Shown piece by piece: positions 49,320-57,799 of a DNA stretch of 64,000 nt; positions within the stretch are counted from its first letter, which is position 1, and each line of letters begins with the position of its first letter. Under the pieces are notes generated by a model. The model worked only from the letters and a program-made list of their open reading frames with translations. It did not search any database and was not told the DNA's origin. The translations under genes were made by a program, and so were the position numbers. Origin of the DNA: Deltaproteobacteria bacterium (lineage in GTDB: Bacteria; Myxococcota_A; Polyangia; DRWM01; JAAZOP01); NCBI GenBank assembly GCA_016218815.1, contig JACRCX010000097.1:25566-89565 (forward strand), given 5' to 3'.

Positions 49320-49523
49320 ATGGTCCGTGTGCGACTCAACGGCGTGGAGCGCGAGTTCGAGGACGGCACGACGGTCGCGGCGCTGCTCGCCGGGCTGGGA
49401 CGCGCGCCGCAGTGGGCCGCGGTGGAGCGGAACCGGGACGTGCTGCCGCGAGCGGCTTTCCCCACGACCGAGCTGCGGGACGGGGACGTGCTGGAGGTCG
49501 TGCACCTGGTCGGGGGCGGGTAG
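49320..49523 (+). CDS. thiS: Sulfur carrier protein ThiS
   Basis: 67 aa; LNG, AVERN, GD.LEVV.LVGGG. Confidence 0.95.
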   Translation: MVRVRLNGVEREFEDGTTVAALLAGLGRAPQWAAVERNRDVLPRAAFPTTELRDGDVLEVVHLVGGG

Positions 49524-49540
49524 GCGAAGGAGACGAGGCG

Positions 49541-50314
49541 TTGGACACGTTGACGATCGCGAGCCGCGAGTTCCACTCGCGGCTCTTCCTGGGCACCGGC
49601 AAGTACCCGACGTTCGAGCTGATGCGGGAGGCGCTGGAGCGCTCCGGGACCGAGGTCGTCACGGTGGCGGTGCGCCGCGTGAACCTCGACGAGGCCGGCA
49701 GCGGCAAGTCGATGCTCGACTTCATCGACACGAAGCGCTGCCTCCTGCTGCCGAACACGGCCGGCTGCTACACCGTGGAAGAAGCGGTGCGCACGGCTCG
49801 GCTGGCACGGGAGGCGCTGGGCACTCCGTGGGTCAAGCTCGAGGTGATCGGCGATCCAAAGACGCTCTTTCCGGACAACGAGGGGCTGCTGGCGGCGGCG
49901 CGCACGCTGGTCGGCGAAGGCTTCGTCGTCCTGCCGTACTGCCTGGACGACCCCGTGCTCTGCCGCAAGCTCCAGGATGCGGGTTGCGCGGCCGTGATGC
50001 CGCTCGCCGCGCCGATCGGATCGGGGCTCGGGATCCGCAATCCGCACAATCTCGCCATCATCCTCGAGTCGGTGACGATCCCGGTGATCGTGGATGCGGG
50101 TGTCGGGACGGCTTCCGACGCCGCGGTCGCGATGGAGCTGGGCTGCCACGGGCTGCTCTGCAACACCGGGGTCGCGGGCGCCAAGGACCCGGTGATGATG
50201 GCGGAGGCCATGCGCGACGCGGTGGCGGCGGGACGCAAGGCGTTCCTGGCAGGACGGATCCCGAAGAAGCGTCATGCCGCGGCCTCGAGCCCGACGCAGG
50301 GGATGATCGAGTAG
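49541..50314 (+). CDS. thiG: Thiazole synthase
   Basis: [42 protein letters not shown]. Confidence 0.96.
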   Translation: MDTLTIASREFHSRLFLGTGKYPTFELMREALERSGTEVVTVAVRRVNLDEAGSGKSMLDFIDTKRCLLLPNTAGCYTVEEAVRTARLAREALGTPWVKLEVIGDPKTLFPDNEGLLAAARTLVGEGFVVLPYCLDDPVLCRKLQDAGCAAVMPLAAPIGSGLGIRNPHNLAIILESVTIPVIVDAGVGTASDAAVAMELGCHGLLCNTGVAGAKDPVMMAEAMRDAVAAGRKAFLAGRIPKKRHAAASSPTQGMIE

Positions 50315-50348
50315 CGGCCCCGGGGGCGGGCGGCAAGGGGAGCGGGAC

Positions 50349-50639
50349 GTGCGATTGGGAACGGTGACCGCGGTGATCCTGGCGGGGCTGCTGGCGGCCG
50401 GCAGTGCGCCGATGCAGTGCGCGTCGGACGACCGGGAGCCGTTGCCGACGATCCCCGAGGCGCCCGAGGAGTGCTACCTCCTGGCGCAGCGGCTGCTCGA
50501 GCAGGGCGACGTCGGCGGGTGGCGGTCGGCGTTGGAGTACGTGGTCGAGCGGTTCCCCGACTCCCGGTATGCGGCGCGGGCGCGGGACGACCTGGCGCAC
50601 GGGCCCCTGCCGCCGTCCGGTGCTCCGGTCGCGCCGTGA
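50349..50639 (+). CDS. Small exported protein with a TPR/BamD-like helix pair
   Basis: Signal-like N-terminus; LEYVVERFPDSRYAARAR. Confidence 0.65.
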   Translation: MRLGTVTAVILAGLLAAGSAPMQCASDDREPLPTIPEAPEECYLLAQRLLEQGDVGGWRSALEYVVERFPDSRYAARARDDLAHGPLPPSGAPVAP

Positions 50640-50650
50640 GCGGGGCGGGG

Positions 50651-51292
50651 ATGCCCGGGGCGGCGGCGCCGCGGCTGCTCGTGATCTCCGACCGTTCGTT
50701 GGTGCCGTTGCACGAGCTCGACGAGGTCTTCGCGCGTATCGCCGACGCCGCACCGCCGGGGGCGGTCGGCCTGTACTTCCGCGAGCCGTCGCTGGCAGAC
50801 GCGGAGATCCTGACGGCGGTGAACCGGCTGGTCGCGGTCGGCTCGGCGCGGGGCAGGGCGGCACCGGTCTACGTTCGCGGGCGGATCGACCTGGCGGCGG
50901 CGGCCGGCGCCGCCGGCGTGCAGCTTCAGGCGGACGGCGTCACGCCCGGGGACGCGCGCACGGCCGCGCCGGGCCTCCGCCTGGGCTACTCGGCCCACCG
51001 GCTCGACGAGGTCCGGGCGCGGGCGGTGGAGGTCGAGCACTTGACGTTCTCGCCGGTGTATCCGACGCCGGGGAAGGGCACGCCGACGGGGCTGGACGTC
51101 CTGGCGGAGGCGTGCCGGGCGGCCGGAGCGACGCCGGTCCTGGCCCTGGGCGGGATCGACGGCGTGGACCGGGCGCGGGCGGCGGCGGCGGCAGGGGCCT
51201 GGGGCGTCGCGGCGATCCGGTGCGTGCTCGGGGCGCCCGATCCCGGGCGGGCTGTGCGGATCCTCCTGGAGGCGTTCGAAACGCCCATTTGA
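50651..51292 (+). CDS. thiE: Thiamine phosphate synthase/TenI family protein (divergent)
   Basis: GYSAH, FSPVYPTPGK, PVLALGGI, GAWGVAAI; thi operon context. Confidence 0.75.
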   Translation: MPGAAAPRLLVISDRSLVPLHELDEVFARIADAAPPGAVGLYFREPSLADAEILTAVNRLVAVGSARGRAAPVYVRGRIDLAAAAGAAGVQLQADGVTPGDARTAAPGLRLGYSAHRLDEVRARAVEVEHLTFSPVYPTPGKGTPTGLDVLAEACRAAGATPVLALGGIDGVDRARAAAAAGAWGVAAIRCVLGAPDPGRAVRILLEAFETPI

Positions 51293-51324
51293 CGGTGCGG
51301 GACGGCAGCGCCTATCATGACTGC

Positions 51325-52020
51325 GTGAAGTGGTTGCATCTCGGCCTGAAGATCGGCGCTTGGCTGCTCGTGGTCCTGGTGGTCTCGTTCGGCATCGGCG
51401 CCCTGTTCCTCAAGGCCCGGCGCGCGCCGGACGACTCGATGGCGCCGAGCCTGATGGCCGGGGACAAGTTCCTGCTCTGCTACCGCTGCGACATCGAGAA
51501 GGGCGACGCGGTGCTGTGCGATCATCCCGACCCCGCCCGCAAGGGCGTGCAGATCATGGGGCGCGTGGTCGGCATGGAGGGGGACAAGGTCGAGATCCGG
51601 CAGGGCCTGCTGCGCGTCAACGATTCGCCGAAGTACATCACGACCGATTCGAAGATCTTCGAGTACCGCGGCGCGGACGGCAAGTCCAAGAGCCTGCCGT
51701 ACATGATCTGGGAGCACGGGAGCCTCTTCGGCGAGCAGGTGCCGATCCTGCTGCCCAAGGACGCGACCGGGCTGATGCGGAACCACGATCCGGAGCAGGT
51801 GCCGCGAGGGCACTACTTCCTCATGGGCGACCATCGCCCCCTGACCCTGGGCTGGACGTCGGACGGAAAGGTCGCGCCCGGGGGCGGCTGCAACTCCAGC
51901 TTCTGCTACGGTCCGGTGCCCACCGGGAACTGCCACGGCGTCATCTGGTTCATCTACTCGGCCACCAACCGCGGCTACTCGGCCACGGCCTCCAAGCGGC
52001 GCTTGTCGTTCATGCCCTAG
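51325..52020 (+). CDS. Signal peptidase I-like protein (S26), catalytic Lys apparently absent
   Basis: N-terminal TM, SMAPSL..GD, GRVVG..GD, YFLMGDHR. Confidence 0.8.
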   Translation: MKWLHLGLKIGAWLLVVLVVSFGIGALFLKARRAPDDSMAPSLMAGDKFLLCYRCDIEKGDAVLCDHPDPARKGVQIMGRVVGMEGDKVEIRQGLLRVNDSPKYITTDSKIFEYRGADGKSKSLPYMIWEHGSLFGEQVPILLPKDATGLMRNHDPEQVPRGHYFLMGDHRPLTLGWTSDGKVAPGGGCNSSFCYGPVPTGNCHGVIWFIYSATNRGYSATASKRRLSFMP

Positions 52021-52062
52021 GGGAGGACGCAACGGCGGGGCTCCGGGGCGCGATGGCGGCGC

Positions 52063-52656
52063 GTGGATCGCGCGGCTCCGTTCCTTCGCGCCGCCGCGGC
52101 GACCTCGGTCGTCCTGGCCGTCCTGCTCGCGGTCCGGCTCGGACTGGACCGGCGCGCCGGGGAGCGGGCGGCCACGCAGACGGGCGGCGGGACGATCTGT
52201 TTCGAGGTCGTCGGGGCTTCCGCGGATCCCGGACTGCGCTGCGTGGCGCGGCCGAGCGCGGACGAAGCGGCGCCGCTGGCGCCGTGCAGGACGCCCGCGG
52301 CGCGGGCGCGGCTCGAGCTGCTGGCGCGGCGGTGCGACTGGCGCGGCCGGCGGCTGGTCCTGGCGCCGGCAAGGGCGGGGGGACCCTGCGTGCCGCGGCT
52401 GGAGCCGCTGCCCGCCGCACTGCGCGTGGCGCTGGGCGTTCCGCTGGATCCGGACACGGTCACCCGGGCCGAGCTGGAGGCGTTGCCGGGGGTCGGGGTC
52501 GGGACGGCGCGAAGCATCGTGGAGACGCGCGAGCGCCTGGGAGCCTCGTTCCGCTGGGACGCGGTGCCGGGGGTCGGGTCGCGGCGCGCGGCCCGGCTCG
52601 CCCCGCTCCTGCGCCGCGGGCCCGCAGTCCCGCCCGAGTGCGTCGGCCCGCATTGA
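52063..52656 (+). CDS. Helix-hairpin-helix DNA-binding protein (ComEA-like)
   Basis: N-terminal TM; ELEALPGVGVGTA..IV..R and VPGVG..RAARL. Confidence 0.75.
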   Translation: MDRAAPFLRAAAATSVVLAVLLAVRLGLDRRAGERAATQTGGGTICFEVVGASADPGLRCVARPSADEAAPLAPCRTPAARARLELLARRCDWRGRRLVLAPARAGGPCVPRLEPLPAALRVALGVPLDPDTVTRAELEALPGVGVGTARSIVETRERLGASFRWDAVPGVGSRRAARLAPLLRRGPAVPPECVGPH

Positions 52657-52739
52657 CCGGCCCGGCGGCGGGAAGACCGGAAATCGTCGCTTGCCTCCCG
52701 ACCCTCCGCGTGCTAGCCCGCACGCGTTGGAGGTGGACG

Positions 52740-53699
52740 ATGGCAACCACGCGCATGACAATCCTGGCGGCGATCTTCCTGGCGGCCGTCCTCGGCTGCC
52801 GTTCGGACGACGACAACGTGGTCGACGCACGGGACGACGGAACGACGTCCGACGACGGCAGCGGGGCCGACGCGGACTCGGGCGCGGACGCCGACGCCGA
52901 CGCCGACGCCGAGGTCCCCACGGAGGGCGACGGCCCGGTGGAGGACACCGACGCGCTGTGCGGCAACGGGCTGGACGACGACGGCGACAGCTTCGTGGAT
53001 TGCGACGACTATGACTGCACCGGAACCCTCCCGTGCGACACGGAGCGCACGGACACGCTGTGCGACAACGGCCTGGACGACGACGGCGACGGCTTCACCG
53101 ACTGCGACGACTGGAGCTGCGAGGGCACGACCCCGTGCGACACGGAGAACACGGACGCGCTGTGCGACAACGGCCTGGACGACGACGGCGACGGCTACAC
53201 CGACTGCGACGACTGGGGCTGCGAATCCACCTCCGTCTGCGGGGAAGCGAACGACGCGAACTGCAGCAACGGCACGGACGACGACGCCGACACGTACATC
53301 GACTGCGCCGACGACGGCTGCGGCAGCAACCCGTGCGTCACGGTCTGCCAGCACGAGACCCCGGCCACGTGCGGCAACGGGATCGACGACGACGGCGACG
53401 GCCACGCCGACTGCGACGACTGGGACTGCTCGCGCGATCCCCGCGTGACGGCCTGCACGTGCCCGGCAGGCGGCGAGTGCACGGACGCCGCGTGCAGCAA
53501 CGGCACCGACGACGACGCCAACGGCCACATCGACTGCGACGACTTCAACTGCCTGCGCAACGGCCACATCACCGTCTGCGGCGGCGAGAACAACGACACG
53601 GCCTGCGGCAACGGCATCGACGACGACGCCAACGGCTTCACCGACTGCAACGACTTCAGCTGCAGCCGCTCGCTCTGGGTCACCGTCTGCTGCGGCTGA
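52740..53699 (+). CDS. Lipoprotein made of seven Cys/Asp-rich calcium-binding-type repeats
   Basis: Lipobox VLGC, DADADADA linker, 7x C.NG.DDD..G..DC.D..C. Confidence 0.85.
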   Translation: MATTRMTILAAIFLAAVLGCRSDDDNVVDARDDGTTSDDGSGADADSGADADADADAEVPTEGDGPVEDTDALCGNGLDDDGDSFVDCDDYDCTGTLPCDTERTDTLCDNGLDDDGDGFTDCDDWSCEGTTPCDTENTDALCDNGLDDDGDGYTDCDDWGCESTSVCGEANDANCSNGTDDDADTYIDCADDGCGSNPCVTVCQHETPATCGNGIDDDGDGHADCDDWDCSRDPRVTACTCPAGGECTDAACSNGTDDDANGHIDCDDFNCLRNGHITVCGGENNDTACGNGIDDDANGFTDCNDFSCSRSLWVTVCCG

Positions 53700-53706
53700 C
53701 CGCGAG

Positions 53707-54096
53707 CTACGGAACTTCCAGCACCTCGAGCCGCACGCGCACCACGCCGGCCCGGACCATGTCCAGCGCCTCCGCGGCGGCGCGCGAGAGATCGATGATC
53801 CGGTCGCGGCGGCCGAACGGGCCGCGATCGTTGATCCGCACCTCGACCGAGCGCCCGTTGTCCAGCCGGCTCACGCGTACGCGCGTGCCGAAGGGCAGGG
53901 TGCGGTGCGCCGCGGTGAGGGCCTCCGGGTCGTACGTCTCCCCGCTGGCCGTCGGGCCGCCCGCCAGCGAGTCGGAGTAGAAGGTGGCCTTGCCTTCCTG
54001 GCTCGCCCCGACCTCGGGGTGGATCGGCGCGGCCGCCGCCGACCCGCACGCCCAGGCCAGCGCGAACACCCAGCAGGATCGGGCGGCGGCCGTCAC
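53707..54096 (-). CDS. rlpA: Septal ring lytic transglycosylase RlpA (DPBB domain only)
   Basis: G.AT.Y, TASGE.YD, TAAHRTLPFGT, VRINDRGPF, IIDLS..AA. Confidence 0.92.
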   Translation of the reverse strand: MTAAARSCWVFALAWACGSAAAAPIHPEVGASQEGKATFYSDSLAGGPTASGETYDPEALTAAHRTLPFGTRVRVSRLDNGRSVEVRINDRGPFGRRDRIIDLSRAAAEALDMVRAGVVRVRLEVLEVP

Positions 54097-54956
54097 GGTG
54101 CCGCGCTTCCGCACGACGTCGCGAGCCAGTCGACGAAGGTGCCCTCGAGCAGCCGCACGTTGCGGTAGCCGGCGCCGGACGCGAAGCGCCCCACGGCGCG
54201 CAGCTCCGCGTCGTCGGACGCCAGGATCCAATCGATGCCCGCATCGGAGGCGACGGCGCCAGTGAATGCGGCGCCGCCGTCGATCGGAACGCCGGCGGCG
54301 TCCAGGAACGAGGCGCGCGGCACGTTGACGGCCCCGGGGATCGCGCCGGACGAGAACGCCGCGGCGGTGCGGACGTCGACCGCCTCGTCGCCCGCGGCGG
54401 GTGGGAAGAACGGCACCGAGCAGTAATCCTCCACGGTGACGGCGGCCTCGTAGCCGGCCGCGACCCACCCCGGGTATCCGAGGACGAGCTTCCAGACGTC
54501 GGTGTAGCCGATGCGCAGCGCCGCTTCGGCGACGGCCTGGCTGACGTCGCACTCGCTCCCCGAGCAGTAGAAGGCGATGCGCGCGCGGAGATCGGGAACG
54601 ACGTCGGTCAGGGCGCTTCCGCCGTCGACCAGCTCGCCGGTCACGTGGTCCATGACCGCCGCGCCGGGAACGCACGAGGCGCCCGGCAGGTGCCCGTGGC
54701 GCCAGTCGTAGAGAATCCGCACGTCGACGACGTGCAGGCCGGGATCCCCGGCGAGCCATTCGTGCAACTCCGCCGCCGGAAGCTGCCTGACACCGTTGAC
54801 GACCTCGTGCGTGTCCGCCTCTCCGCCGTCCCCTTCGCACGCGAACCCGCCGCAGAGCAGGCAGGCGGCGGCAAACGCCGCCGTGGCGACTCCGCTCGGC
54901 CAGGTCGTTTCGTCGCCCCGCCCCCTCCCTCCCCATCGGTGTCCATCGGTGTCCAT
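54093..54956 (-). CDS. Tandem rhodanese-domain lipoprotein (start uncertain)
   Basis: VVDVR....GHLPGA, FYCSGSECDVS, second domain VDVR....GAIPGA. Confidence 0.8.
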   Translation of the reverse strand: MDTDGHRWGGRGRGDETTWPSGVATAAFAAACLLCGGFACEGDGGEADTHEVVNGVRQLPAAELHEWLAGDPGLHVVDVRILYDWRHGHLPGASCVPGAAVMDHVTGELVDGGSALTDVVPDLRARIAFYCSGSECDVSQAVAEAALRIGYTDVWKLVLGYPGWVAAGYEAAVTVEDYCSVPFFPPAAGDEAVDVRTAAAFSSGAIPGAVNVPRASFLDAAGVPIDGGAAFTGAVASDAGIDWILASDDAELRAVGRFASGAGYRNVRLLEGTFVDWLATSCGSAAP

Positions 54957-54964
54957 CGGTGGTT
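54933..54964. repeat. 10-bp-period repeat (inverted copy of 32511-32539)
   Basis: ccatcggtgtccatcggtgtccatcggtggtt. Confidence 0.8.
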
Positions 54965-55056
54965 CCGCCTCCCCCCCGGCGGCGCCGACCCCCGGCGCCC
55001 GCCGGGCAGTATAGCGCCTTGACGGCGGGCGCGTTACCGGCAACTGTAGCGGCTTG

Positions 55057-57783
55057 ATGGCCACCACCAGCATCCTGCACCAGCCCCCCTTCGACGAAGC
55101 GCTCTACCTCATCGACGTCTCCGGGTTCGTGTTCCGCTTCTTCTACTCGGTGCGCAACCTCACGACGTCGAAGGGCGAGCCCACGGGCGCGCTGTTCGGC
55201 GTGACCAAGATGCTGCACAAGGTGGTCGCGGACCACACCCCGCGGTTTCTCGGCGTCGCCATGGACTCGCGCACGCCGACGTTCCGGCAGGGGCTGTACC
55301 CGGCGTACAAGGCCAACCGCCCGGCGCCCCCGGAGGATCTGCGTCCCCAGTTCGACTTCGTCCGCGAGATGCTCGAGGCGTTCGGCATTCCGGCGCTGCA
55401 GCGCGACGGGTTCGAGGCGGACGACGTGATGGCGACGGTGGCGGGCCAGGTCGCGCCCGAGCGACCGGTCGTGATCATCAGCTCGGACAAGGACCTCTGC
55501 CAGCTCGTGACGGATCGCGTGCTCTTGTACGTCGCGGACAAGGACGAGGTCTACGGTCCGGATGACGTCGAGGCGAAGTGGGGGGTGCGGCCCGAGCGGA
55601 TGATCGACCTGCAGGCTCTGGTCGGCGACGCCACGGACAACGTGCCGGGGGTGCCCGGCGTGGGCCCGAAGACCGCGGCGAAGCTGCTCGCCGAGTTCGG
55701 CTCGCTGGACGCGCTGCTCGAGGGACGCGCGAAGATCAAGAACCCGCGGATGCGCAAGCTGCTCGAGGAACACGGCGACGCGGCGCGGAAGGCGCTGCCG
55801 CTGGTGACGTTGCGCCGCGACGCACCCGTGGAGTGGAGCCTGGACACGCTGCGCTGGACGCCGCCGGATCCCGCGCGGCTGCGTGCGGCGTACAAGCGGT
55901 TCGAGTTCCACACCCTGGCCGCGGCGCTGCCGTCGGCGGAGGCAGCAGCGGGGGCGCCGTCGTCCGGCGAGGCCGCGGCCGAGCTGGCGGCGGTGCGGTC
56001 GATGGCCGAGCTGGAGGCGCTGGTGGGCCGCATCCGCGAGGCCGGGCTGGTGTCGGTGGACACCGAGACCACCGCGCTCGACCCGATGCAGGCCGAGCTG
56101 GTCGGCGTCTCGCTGTCCGTGGACCCCGGCGTCGGCCGATACATTCCGATAGCTCATACCGGCGCGGACGCCGTTGGAAACCTTCCGCGGGCCGAGGTGC
56201 TCGACCTCCTGCGGCCGGTTCTCGCCGATCCGGCGATCGCGAAGATCGGCCAGAACATCAAGTTCGACTCCATCGTCCTGGCGCGCGCCGGCGCGCCGAT
56301 CGCAGGTGCGACCTTCGACACGATGCTCGCCAGCTACCTGCTCGACCCGGAGAAGCACCAGCACCGGCTGGAGCAGATCGCGCAGGAACGGCTGTCGCGA
56401 GGGATGATCTCGTACGACGAGGTGACGGAGAAGAGGCGAGGGCACCAGCTCCGGTTCGACGAGGTCGCGATCGACAAGGCGGCGAGGTACTCGGCGGAGG
56501 ACGCCGAGGTCGTGCGGTCGCTGCTCGACCCGATGCGCCGGGCGCTGGAGGAGGCGGGCCTTGCGGGCCTGCTGACCGACCTGGAGCTGCCGCTCTCCGA
56601 GGTGCTCATCGCGCTGGAGATGACGGGGGTGTCGGTCGATCCGGCGCGGCTGCGACGGCTGGCCAAGGAGCTGGCAGTGGAGGCCGGGCTCGCCGAGCAG
56701 GAGGCGCACCAGCTCGCCGGGCATCCCTTCAACCTGGGCTCGCCGAAACAGCTCGCCGAGGTGCTCTTCGACCAGCTCGGGCTGCCCACGGTCAAGAAGA
56801 CGAAGACCGGCCGGTCGACGGACGCCGAGGTGCTCGAGGAGCTGGCGGCGATGCACCCGCTGCCGTCCAAGGTGCTCCAGTACCGCTCGCTGACCCGGCT
56901 GGTGTCGGGGTATCTCGAGGCGCTGCCGACCTTGATCAACCAGCAGACGGGCCGCATCCACACCTCCTACAACCAGGCCGTGGCGGCGACGGGGCGCCTG
57001 TCCAGCTCGAACCCGAACTTGCAGAACATCCCCGTGCGCACGGAGGTGGGGCGGCGCATCCGCGAGGCGTTCTTGACGGAGGCGGGCTGGCGCATCGTGT
57101 CGGCCGACTATTCGCAGATTGAGCTCCGGGTCCTGGCGCACCTCTCGCAGGACGCGCTCTTGTGCGAGTCGTTCCGCACGGGCGAGGACGTGCACGCCCG
57201 GACGGCGCGCGAGGTGTTCGGCGCGATTGCGGGGGGGGCGGCGGTGGCCGAGATGCGCCGGCGGGCGAAGGTGATCAACTTCGGCATCATCTACGGCAAA
57301 ACGGACTTCGGGCTGGCGCGCGAGCTGGGGATCCCGAAGTCGCAGGCGCGGCAGTTCATCTCCGACTACTTCGCACGCTACGCGGGGGTGCGCCGCTACC
57401 TGGACCGCACGATCGAGGAGGCGAGGGCGACCGGCATGGTCCGCACGATGCTCGGGCGTCGCCGTTACCTGCCCGACCTGCGGAGCCGCAATCCGGCGGC
57501 GCGGGGGCAGGCCGAGCGGATGGCGATGAACACCCCGATCCAGGGCTCAGCCGCCGACCTGCTCAAGCTGGCGATGATCCGGGTGCACCGCGAGCTGGGG
57601 GCGTCGAAGCTGCGGGCGCGCATGCTGCTCACGGTCCACGACGAGCTGGTCTTCGAATGTCCGGAAGAGGAGGTCGGCGACCTGGAGGCGCTGGCGCGCC
57701 GCTGCATGGAGTCGGCCGCCACGCTGTCGGTCCCCCTGGTCGTCGACGTCGGCTCGGGTCCCACGTGGGGCCGGGCGCACTAG
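55057..57783 (+). CDS. polA: DNA polymerase I
   Basis: 5'-3' exonuclease (YKANR, GDATDNVPGV), 3'-5' exonuclease (DTET), TGRLSS.NPNLQNIP, DYSQIELR, VHDE. Confidence 0.98.
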   Translation: MATTSILHQPPFDEALYLIDVSGFVFRFFYSVRNLTTSKGEPTGALFGVTKMLHKVVADHTPRFLGVAMDSRTPTFRQGLYPAYKANRPAPPEDLRPQFDFVREMLEAFGIPALQRDGFEADDVMATVAGQVAPERPVVIISSDKDLCQLVTDRVLLYVADKDEVYGPDDVEAKWGVRPERMIDLQALVGDATDNVPGVPGVGPKTAAKLLAEFGSLDALLEGRAKIKNPRMRKLLEEHGDAARKALPLVTLRRDAPVEWSLDTLRWTPPDPARLRAAYKRFEFHTLAAALPSAEAAAGAPSSGEAAAELAAVRSMAELEALVGRIREAGLVSVDTETTALDPMQAELVGVSLSVDPGVGRYIPIAHTGADAVGNLPRAEVLDLLRPVLADPAIAKIGQNIKFDSIVLARAGAPIAGATFDTMLASYLLDPEKHQHRLEQIAQERLSRGMISYDEVTEKRRGHQLRFDEVAIDKAARYSAEDAEVVRSLLDPMRRALEEAGLAGLLTDLELPLSEVLIALEMTGVSVDPARLRRLAKELAVEAGLAEQEAHQLAGHPFNLGSPKQLAEVLFDQLGLPTVKKTKTGRSTDAEVLEELAAMHPLPSKVLQYRSLTRLVSGYLEALPTLINQQTGRIHTSYNQAVAATGRLSSSNPNLQNIPVRTEVGRRIREAFLTEAGWRIVSADYSQIELRVLAHLSQDALLCESFRTGEDVHARTAREVFGAIAGGAAVAEMRRRAKVINFGIIYGKTDFGLARELGIPKSQARQFISDYFARYAGVRRYLDRTIEEARATGMVRTMLGRRRYLPDLRSRNPAARGQAERMAMNTPIQGSAADLLKLAMIRVHRELGASKLRARMLLTVHDELVFECPEEEVGDLEALARRCMESAATLSVPLVVDVGSGPTWGRAH

Positions 57784-57799
57784 AGGGAAGAGGAAGGGA

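Noticed and set aside
52940..53230. 102-bp tandem repeat as a CRISPR or DGR template/variable pair
   Set aside because: In-frame coding repeats; differences are not adenine-specific and no reverse transcriptase is present
54097..57195. Long N-terminal extension fusing to RlpA (1162-aa ORF)
   Set aside because: Shadow of polA and the rhodanese gene; RlpA has its own GTG start overlapping the upstream TGA
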